Assembly (NCBI GenBank): GCA_040954595.2
Contig: CM082586.2
Location: 12,059,337-12,123,336, forward strand
Direction: 5' to 3'
DNA: 64,000 nucleotides
DNA from: Balanoglossus misakiensis
Lineage: Eukaryota; Animalia; Hemichordata
The notes under the pieces are model-generated. The model was not told the origin of the DNA, searched no databases, and saw only the letters and a program-made list of their open reading frames with translations. Positions 50,801 to 61,200 of this stretch are shown piece by piece (within the stretch, counting starts at the first letter, position 1; each line of letters opens with the position of its first letter). A program made the position numbers and the translations under genes.

Positions 50801-52093
50801 TGTTTTACTAAAAAGACTTATGTATAGTTACAAGGCTTTGTTTTGGAATAACGAATTCTCTACAAGATTTAAGTGGAACAGTCACAGAATGAAAACAAAT
50901 ATGGAAAGAGTTATGCTGGACTGTTATAAGGGATAGATTAATATTGCAAATAATTTAATTTCTTACATCATAAAATGAATTCAAAGAATGGTCACATAAC
51001 AGGATATGTTTTACTAAAAAGACTTATGTTATAGATTCAAGGCTTTGTTTTGGAATAACGAATTCTCCACAAGATTTAAGTGGAACAGTCACAGAATGAA
51101 AACAAATATGGAAAGAGTTATGCTGGAATGTTGTAAGGGATAGATTAATATTGCAAATAATTTAATTTCTTACATCATAAAATGAATTCAAAGAATGGTC
51201 ACATAACAGGATATGTATAGTTTCAAGGCTTTGTTTTGGAATAACGAATTCTCTACAAGATTTAAGTGGAACAGTCACAGAATGAAAACAAATATGGAAA
51301 GAGTTATGCTGGAATGTTATAAGGGATAGATTAATATTGCAAATAATTTAATTTCTTACATCATAAAATGAATTCAAAGAATGGTCACATAACAGGATAT
51401 GTTTTACTAAAAAAGACTTATGTTATAGATTCAAGGCTTTGTTTTGGAATAACGAATTCTCTACAAGATTTAAGTGGAACAGTCACAGAATGAAAACAAA
51501 TATAGAAAGAGTTATGCCTGAATGTTGTAAGGGATAGATTAATATTGCAAATAATTTAATTTCTTATATCATAAATGGAATTCAAAGAATGGTCACATAA
51601 CGGGCCATGTTTTAGTAAAAAGACTTATGTATAGTTTCAAGGCTTTGTTTTGGAATAACGAATTCTCTCCAAGATTTAAGTTGAACAGTTACAGAATGAA
51701 AACAAATATTCAAATAGTTATGCCAGAATGTTGTAAGGGATAGTTTAATATTGCAAATAATTTAATTTCTTACATCATAAATGGAATTCAAAGAATGGTC
51801 ACATAACGGGCCATGTTTTACAAAAAGACTTAATATGTATAGTTTCAAGGCTTTGTTTTGGAATAACGAATTCTCTACAGGATTTAAGTGGAACAGTCAC
51901 AGAATGAAAACAAATATGGAAAGAGTTATGCTGGAATGTTGTAAGGGATAGATTAATATTGCAATTAATTTAATTTCTTACATCATAAAATGAATTCAAA
52001 GAATGGTCACATAACAGGATATATTTTACTAAAAAGACTTATGTATAGTTACAAGGCTTTGTTTTGGAATAACGAATTCTCTACAAGATTTAA
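14877..52093. repeat. Satellite array (segment 2) with local higher-order repeats
   Basis: Same monomer and orientation. Near-exact block periods of 1241 bp (~18.2-20.4 kb), 1609 bp (~27.6-30.3 kb), 1199 bp (34081-37680) and 1200 bp (44041-46440). Confidence 0.99.
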
Positions 52094-53762
52094 GGTAGAG
52101 ATGTAGGTTTTTTGCATTTTTTGAGTGATTTTTACTTTTTTCAATATTTCAAACCATTAGAATTTGCATTATTTTTTTATTAAAACGGTTTTACCGGGTC
52201 ACATTCGTAAACATGTGTAAATTTATCAAAAGTAACATATTTTAAGAATTGTGTGTACAGTTATAAACATTCCGGATTAACTGTTACCAGATTAGTGTTG
52301 GAGTTTGCTAACCAATTCACAGGAGCCCAGATATGCAAATCTGACTTTTCCAAAGTTAGGCTAGTTAACAGGAAGTTTGACAGGCGTGCTTTGTCTAGTG
52401 ACTTCCAGCATGATGGTCAACTATGGCTTCCATCATGCTCCATGGCACAGACTTATTGACCGGGCAATGAAACACCCGCAAATGTACAATTACTAATTAC
52501 ATGTTTTTCCACGATTTTCCACTAATTTATGAACTTTCTGGAAATGCTCCATGACAGAACGTTTAGTTGTGACCAGTGTTGCTTGTCTCATCTTGTCGAG
52601 AAAGCTGTTGCTGGTGCAGCTTACAATGTCACAACCGTCGATAAACTGAACAACTAATCCATTGCATGAAATAGAGATCGATGTGTCAAGCGATGCCGAT
52701 GCATAAATTTTCAGTTTTGAAACAGGAAGTTTGACAGGCGTGCTTTGTCTAGCGACTTCCAGAATGATGGTAGAGTATGGCTTCCATCAGGGCTCGATCG
52801 TCATGTTCCGTGGCATAGACTAATTTACCGGACACAGAGCAATGAAACGCCCGCAAATGTACAATTACTAATTTTACATGTTATGGTAGGAGTGAGAAAA
52901 TAAGATTAAAATGGGTTTACAGAAGTGTATACTTAACGGGCTTTAGTGTCGTTTGGAGAAGTTATCAGTGGCAGGGATTAACAGTCCCTTGTTTGCTGAA
53001 TAAACAAACCAACCTCATTATTGTACTCTGTCCGTAATGATGTCGTTTTTTCCACGATTTTCCACTAATTTATGAACTTGCAAAACGTTCTAGATGAAAA
53101 TGACTTGGTCTAAAGTCTCTAGTATTATGCTACTTCGTTAAAACATAACAAAGCAGTGAGTAAGTGCTATTTATGATCGTTTTTTTCCAACTGAAAGTGC
53201 CGTTCACACAAATTGTCGATTTTCTCTGTTCGGTTTTGGGCTCTGGAGTGCAACTTCAAAAGAGTGTAACTTAGCAACGCGTGCACAGATTGTTCTGATT
53301 TTTGGCCTGAGGAAGGGAACAATACCTGTCTCCAAACCCCACCAGCGGATTTCCAATAAAGTTGATAGAACAAAAGAAATCACCACACAAGTGAACAAAA
53401 GTCGATAATTTATGCAAAAATCGACAGTTGACACTTTAAAGGCTCATTGTTCGAAAACAAAAGTGAATATCAAAATTCCATGACCCGGTATTTTTACCAC
53501 TATACCCAGCTGTCGATTGCCGGTAACAGATCACCTGGAGGCATTGTCTTTTTTTATTGCCAAGTCTTTGAGTAAAAAATCTTAAAATCGTGTATTTTTG
53601 AGCAAAACGAGAAAGAGAACAGAAATTTTGGAAAATAAAACAGATTTTCATAAACTTCAAGTATAGAGCTAACAGAAAATATATAATGTGTTGGTGGGAA
53701 ACATGAAATACAAGGAGAAAAAATCGATTAAAAACAAGTGTCATAAAAGGTACATCTCAACC
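52094..53762. mobile_element. Non-autonomous DNA transposon with TTAA TSD and GG...CC termini, Kolobok-type, 1,669 bp
   Basis: TTAA at 52090-52093 and 53763-53766 duplicates the single TTAA of the satellite motif AGATTTAAGTGG. TIRs are GGTAGAGATGTA (52094-52105) and TACATCTCAACC (53751-53762), 11 of 12 matching. Purine-purine 5' ends with a TTAA TSD fit Kolobok rather than piggyBac (CC...GG). No transposase ORF. Confidence 0.85.
52367..53079 (+). repeat. Internal diverged direct repeat (~170 bp) inside the TTAA element
   Basis: AACAGGAAGTTTGACAGGCGTGCTTTGTCTAG...TTTTTCCACGATTTTCCACTAATTTATGAACTT at 52367-52536 is repeated as 52721-52882 plus ~53046-53079, the second copy split by ~165 bp. 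Confidence 0.9.
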
Positions 53763-54958
53763 TTAAGTGGAACAGTCACAGAATGAAAACAAATATGGAA
53801 AGAGTTATGCTGGAATGTTATAAGGGATAGATTAATATTGCAAATAATTTAATTTCTTACATCATAAAATGAATTCAAAGAATGGTCACATAACAGGATA
53901 TGTTTTACTAAAAAGACTTATGTTATAGATTCAAGGCTTTGTTTTGGAATAACGAATTCTCTACAAGATTTAAGTGGAACAGTCACAGAATGAAAACAAA
54001 TATGGAAAGAGTTATGCCGGAATGTTGTAAGGGATAGATTAATATTGCAAAAAAAAATTTAATTTCTTACATCATAAATGGAATTCAAAGACAGGTCACG
54101 TAACAGGATATGTATAGTTTCAAGACTTTTTTTGGAGTAACGAATTCTCTACAAGATTTAAGTGGAACAGTCACAGAATGAAAACAAATATGGAAAGAGT
54201 TATGCTGAAATGTTGTAACGGATAGATTAATATTGCATACAATTTAATTTCTTACATCATAAATGGAATTCAAATAATGGTCACATAACAGGATATGTTT
54301 TACTAAAAAGACTTATGTATAGGTTCAAGAATTTGTGTTGAAATACCAAATTCTCTACAAGATTTAAGTGGAACAGTCACAGAATGAAAACAAATATAGA
54401 AAGAGTTATGCCTGAATGTTGTAAGGGATAGATTAATATTGCAAATAATTTAATTTCTTATATCATAAATGGGATTCAAAAAATGGTCACATAACGGGCC
54501 ATGTTTTAGTAAAAAGACTTATGTATAGTTTCAAGGCTTTGTTTTGGAATAACGAATTCTCTCCAAGATTTAAGTTGAACAGTTACAGAATGAAAACAAA
54601 TATTCAAATAGTTATGTTGGAATGTTGTAAGGGATAGTTTAATATTGCAAATAATTTAATTTCTTACATCATAAATGGAATTCAAAGAATGGTCACATAA
54701 CGAGCCATGTTTTACAAAAAGACTTAATATGTATAGTTTCAAGGCTTTGTTTTGGAATAACGAATTCTCTACAGGATTTTAGTGGAACAGTCACAGAATG
54801 AAAACAAATATGGAAAGAGTTATGCTGGAATGTTGTAAGGGATAGATTAATATTGCAAATAATTTAATTTCTTACATCATAAAATGAATTCAAAGAATGG
54901 TCACATAACAGGATATGTTTTACTAAAAAGACTTATGTATAGTTACAAGGCTTTGTTT
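53763..54958. repeat. Satellite array (segment 3)
   Basis: Same monomers resume in register after the TTAA. Confidence 0.99.
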
Positions 54959-55281
54959 AAGCAATAAAACACCCCCAGCCATGGTATACCACGAGATTTT
55001 GACCAGTTCACGACATATACGCACGAGCGATAGCGAGTGCGTATATGGAGTTGAACTGGTCAAAATCGAGTGGTATACCATGGCTGGGGGTGTTTTATTG
55101 CTATTATATTATGCCAGTATATTGAAACTTTGCATAAAACATTTTAAAAAGGCATTTTCTTTGACTATGAGTTTTGCGTGCATTATGACTGTGGTATATG
55201 GCGAATATATCACGGTCACGTGTCGTGTCTCGACCAATCAAATAGCGTTATTTACACCATCAATATACTGGTATAATATAA
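54959..55281. mobile_element. Short (~324 bp) non-coding fold-back insertion, superfamily uncertain (Crypton/DIRS-like tyrosine recombinase or Helentron-like)
   Basis: Interrupts the satellite motif GGCTTTGTTTTGGAATAAC inside the T run; an empty paralogous site is at 50834-50852. It contains a 143-nt hairpin (54960-55102) and a 23-bp inverted repeat (55103-55125 vs 55260-55282). The ends are ambiguous by 1 nt: either a TT TSD or no TSD with terminal Ts. Confidence 0.85.
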
Positions 55282-58200
55282 TTTGGAATAACGAATTCTC
55301 TACAAGATTTAAGTGGAACAGTCACAGAATGAAAACAAATATGGAAAGAGTTATGCTGGACTGTTATAAGGGATAGATTAATATTGCAAATAATTTAATT
55401 TCTTACATCATAAAATGAATTCAAAGAATGGTCACATAACAGGATATGTTTTACTAAAAAGACTTATGTTATAGATTCAAGGCTTTGTTTTGGAATAACG
55501 AATTCTCCACAAGATTTAAGTGGAACAGTCACAGAATGAAAACAAATATGGAAAGAGTTATGCCGGAATGTTGTAAGGGATAGATTAATATTGCAAAAAA
55601 TTTAATTTCTTACATCATAAATGGAATTCAAAAACAGGTCACGTAACAGGATATGTATAGTTTCAAGCGTTTGTTTTGGAGTAACGAATTCTCTACAAGA
55701 TTTAAGTGGAACAGTCACAGAATGAAAACAAATATGGAAAGAGTTATGCTGAAATGTTGTAAGGGATAGATTAATATTGCATACAATTTAATTTCTTACA
55801 TCATAAATGGAATTCAAATAATGGTCACATAACAGGATATGTTTTACTAAAAAGACTTATGTATAGGTTCAAGAATTTGTGTTGAAATACCAAATTCTCT
55901 ACAAGATTTAAGTGGAACAGTCACAGAATGAAAACAAATATAGAAAGAGTTATGCCTGAATGTTGTAAGGGATAGATTAATATTGCAAATAATTTAATTT
56001 CTTATATCATAAATGGAATTCAAAGAATGGTCACATAACGGGCCATGTTTTAGTAAAAAGACTTATGTATAGTTTCAAGGCTTTGTTTTGGAATAACGAA
56101 TTCTCTCCAAGATTTAAGTTGAACAGTTACAGAATGAAAACAAATATTCAAATAGTTATGTTGGAATGTTGTAAGGGATAGTTTAATATTGCAAATAATT
56201 TAATTTCTTACATCATAAACGGAATTCAAAGAATGGTCACATAACGGGCCATGTTTTACAAAAAGACTTAATATGTATAGTTTCAAGGCTTTGTTTTGGA
56301 ATAACGAATTCTCTACAGGATTTAAGTGGAACAGTCACAGAATGAAAACAAATATGGAAAGAGTTATGCTGGAATGTTGTAAGGGATAGATTAATATTGC
56401 AAATAATTTAATTTCTTACATCATAAAATGAATTCAAAGAATGGTCACATAACTGGACATGTTTTACTAAAAAGACTTATGTATAGTTACAAGGCTTTGT
56501 TTTGGAATAACGAATTCTCTACAAGATTTAAGTGGAACAGTCACAGAATGAAAACAAATATGGAAAGAGTTATGCTGGAATGTTGTAAGGAATAGATTAA
56601 TATTGCAAATAATTTAATTTCTTACATCATAAATGGAATTCAAAGAACCGTCACGTAACAGGATATGTATAGTTTCAAGGCTTTGTTTTGGAATAACGAA
56701 TTCTCTACAAGATTTAGGTGGAACAGTCACAGAATGAAAACAAATATGGAAAGAGTTATGTCGGAATGTTGTAAGGGATAGATTAATATTGCAAATAATT
56801 TAATTTCTTACATCATAAATGGAATTCAAAGAATGGTCACATAATGGGCCATGTTTTACTAAAAAGACTTATGTATAGTTTCAAGGCTTTGTTTTGGAAT
56901 AACGAATTCTCTCCAAGATTTAAGTTGAACAGTTACAGAATGAAAACAAATATTCAAATAGTTATGTTGGAATGTTGTAAGGGATAGTTTAATATTGCAA
57001 ATAATTTAATTTCTTACATCATAAATGAAATTCAAAGAATGGTCAAATAACGGGCCATGTTTTACTAAAAAGACTTAATATGTATAGTTTGAAGGCTTTG
57101 TTTTGGAATAACGAATTCTCTACAAGATTTAAGTGGAACAGTCACAGAATGAAAACAAATATTCAAATAGTTATGTTGGAATGTTGTAAAGGGTAGTTTA
57201 ATATTCCAAATAATTTAATTTCTTACATCATAAATGGAATTCAAAGACAGGTCACGTAACAGGATATGTATAGTTTCAAGACTTTTTTTGGAGTAACGAA
57301 TTCTCTACAAGATTTAAGTGGAACAGTCACAGAATGAAAACAAATATGGAAAGAGTTATGCTGGAATGTTGTAAGGAATAGATTAATATTGCAAATAATT
57401 TAATTTCTTACATCATAAATGGAATTCAAAGAACCGTCACGTAACAGGATATGTATAGTTTCAAGCGTTTGTTTTGGAGTAACGAATTCTCTACAAGATT
57501 TAAGTGGAACAGTCACAGAATGAAAACAAATATGGAAACAGTTATGCTGAAATGTTGTAAGGGATAGATTAATATTGCATACAATTTAATTTCTTACATC
57601 ATAAATGGAATTCAAATAATGGTCACATAACAGGATATGTTTTACTAAAAAGACTTATGTATAGGTTCAAGAATTTGTGTTGAAATACCAAATTCTCTAC
57701 AAGATTTAAGTGGAACAGTCACAGAATGAAAACAAATATAGAAAGAGTTATGCCTGAATGTTGTAAGGGATAGATTAATATTGCAAATAATTTAATTTCT
57801 TATATCATAAATGGAATTCAAAGAATGGTCACATAACGGGCCATGTTTTAGTAAAAAGACTTATGTATAGTTTCAAGGCTTTGTTTTGGAATAACGAATT
57901 CTCTCCAAGATTTAAGTTGAACAGTTACAGAATGAAAACAAATATTCAAATAGTTATGTTGGAATGTTGTAAGGGATAGTTTAATATTGCAAATAATTTA
58001 ATTTCTTACATCATAAACGGAATTCAAAGAATGGTCACATAACGGGCCATGTTTTACAAAAAGACTTAATATGTATAGTTTCAAGGCTTTGTTTTGGAAT
58101 AACGAATTCTCTACAGGATTTAAGTGGAACAGTCACAGAATGAAAACAAATATGGAAAGAGTTATGCTGGAATGTTGTAAGGGATAGATTAATATTGCAA

Positions 58201-61200
58201 ATAATTTAATTTCTTACATCATAAAATGAATTCAAAGAATGGTCACATAACAGGACATGTTTTACTAAAAAGACTTATGTATAGTTACAAGGCTTTGTTT
58301 TGGAATAACGAATTCTCTACAAGATTTAAGTGGAACAGTCACAGAATGAAAACAAATATGGAAAGAGTTATGCTGGAATGTTGTAAGGAATAGATTAATA
58401 TTGCAAATAATTTAATTTCTTACATCATAAATGGAATTCAAAGAACCGTCACGTAACAGGATATGTATAGTTTCAAGGCTTTGTTTTGGAATAACGAATT
58501 CTCTACAAGATTTAGGTGGAACAGTCACAGAATGAAAACAAATATGGAAAGAGTTATGTCGGAATGTTGTAAGGGATAGATTAATATTGCAAATAATTTA
58601 ATTTCTTACATCAGAAATGGAATTCAAAGAATGGTCACATAATGGGCCATGTTTTACTAAAAAGACTTATGTATAGTTTCAAGGCTTTGTTTTGGAATAA
58701 CGAATTCTCTCCAAGATTTAAGTTGAACAGTTACAGAATGAAAACAAATATTCAAATAGTTATGTTGGAATGTTGTAAGGGATAGTTTAATATTGCAAAT
58801 AATTTAATTTCTTACATCATAAATGAAATTCAAAGAATGGTCAAATAACGGGCCATGTTTTACTAAAAAGACTTAATATGTATAGTTTGAAGGCTTTGTT
58901 TTGGAATAACGAATTCTCTACAAGATTTAAGTGGAACAGTCACAGAATGAAAACAAATATTCAAATAGTTATGTTGGAATGTTGTAAAGGGTAGTTTAAT
59001 ATTCCAAATAATTTAATTTCTTACATCATAAATGGAATTCAAAGACAGGTCACGTAACAGGATATGTATAGTTTCAAGACTTTTTTTGGAGTAACGAATT
59101 CTCTACAAGATTTAAGTGGAACAGTCACAGAATGAAAACAAATATGGAAAGAGTTATGCTGAAATGTTGTAACGGATAGATTAATATTGCAAATAATTTA
59201 ATTTCTTATATCATAAATGGGATTCAAAAAATGGTCACATAACGGGCCATGTTTTAGTAAAAAGACTTACGTATAGTTTCAAGGCTTTGTTTTGGAATAA
59301 CGAATTCTCTCCAAGATTTAAGTTGAACAGTTACAGAATGAAAACAAATATTCAAATAGTTATGTTGGAATGTTGTAAGGGATAGTTTAATATTGCAAAT
59401 AATTTAATTTCTTACATCATAAATGGAATTCAAAGAATGGTCACATAACGAGCCATGTTTTACAAAAAGACTTAATATGTATAGTTTCAAGGCTTTGTTT
59501 TGGAATAACGAATTCTCTACAGGATTTAAGTGGAACAGTCACAGAATGAAAACAAATATGGAAAGAGTTATGCTGGAATGTTGTAAGGGATAGATTAATA
59601 TTGCAAATAATTTAATTTCTTACATCATAAAATGAATTCAAAGAATGGTCACATAACAGGATATGTTTTACTAAAAAGACTTATGTATAGTTACAAGGCT
59701 TTGTTTTGGAATAACGAATTCTCTACAAGATTTAAGTGGAACAGTCACAGAATGAAAACAAATATGGAAAGAGTTATGCTGGACTGTTATAAGGGATAGA
59801 TTAATATTGCAAATAATTTAATTTCTTACATCATAAAATGAATTCAAAGAATGGTCACATAACAGGATATGTTTTACTAAAAAGACTTATGTTATAGATT
59901 CAAGGCTTTGTTTTGGAATAACGAATTCTCCACAAGATTTAAGTGGAACAGTCACAGAATGAAAACAAATATGGAAAGAGTTATGCCGGAATGTTGTAAG
60001 GGATAGATTAATATTGCAAAAAATTTAATTTCTTACATCATAAATGGAATTCAAAGACAGGTCACGTAACAGGATATGTATAGTTTCAAGCGTTTGTTTT
60101 GGAGTAACGAATTCTCTACAAGATTTAAGTGGAACAGTCACAGAATGAAAACAAATATGGAAAGAGTTATGCTGAAATGTTGTTAGGGATAGATTAATAT
60201 TGCATACAATTTAATTTCTTACATCATAAATGGAATTCAAATAATGGTCACATAACAGGATATGTTTTACTAAAAAGACTTATGTATAGGTTCAAGAATT
60301 TGTGTTGAAATACCAAATTCTCTACAAGATTTAAGTGGAACAGTCACAGAATGAAAACAAATATAGAAAGAGTTATGCCTGAATGTTGTAAGGGATAGAT
60401 TAATATTGCAAATAATTTAATTTCTTATATCATAAATGGAATTCAAAGAATGGTCACATAACGGGCCATGTTTTAGTAAAAAGACTTATGTATAGTTTCA
60501 AGGCTTTGTTTTGGAATAACGAATTCTCTCCAAGATTTAAGTTGAACAGTTACAGAATGAAAACAAATATTCAAATAGTTATGTTGGAATGTTGTAAGGG
60601 ATAGTTTAATATTGCAAATAATTTAATTTCTTACATCATAAACGGAATTCAAAGAATGGTCACATAACGGGCCATGTTTTACAAAAAGACTTAATTTGTA
60701 TAGTTTCAAGGCTTTGTTTTGGAATAACGAATTCTCTACAGGATTTAAGTGGAACAGTCACAGAATGAAAACAAATATGGAAAGAGTTATGCTGGAATGT
60801 TGTAAGGGATAGATTAATATTGCAAATAATTTAATTTCTTACATCATAAAATGAATTCAAAGAATGGTCACATAACAGGATATGTTTTACTAAAAAGACT
60901 TATGTATAGTTACAAGGCTTTGTTTTGGAATAACGAATTCTCTACAAGATTTAAGTGGAACAGTCACAGAATGAAAACAAATATGGAAAGAGTTATGCTG
61001 GAATGTTATAAGGGATAGATTAATATTGCAAATAATTTAATTTCTTACATCATAAAATGAATTCAAAGAATGGTCACATAACAGGATATGTTTTACTAAA
61101 AAGACTTATGTTATAGATTCAAGGCTTTGTTTTGGAATAACGAATTCTCTACAAGATTTAAGTGGAACAGTCACAGAATGAAAACAAATATGGAAAGAGT

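Noticed and set aside
52253-53744. ORFs in the TTAA element as transposase remnants
   Set aside because: 68-102 aa, low complexity, with no DDE, THAP or zinc-finger motifs visible.
52094-53762. piggyBac assignment, or a Kolobok with long terminal direct repeats
   Set aside because: The ends are GG...CC rather than CC...GG, and the direct repeat is internal and does not include the termini.
54981-55376. 131-aa ORF
   Set aside because: It runs through the palindrome and out into satellite sequence, so it is a chimeric chance frame.
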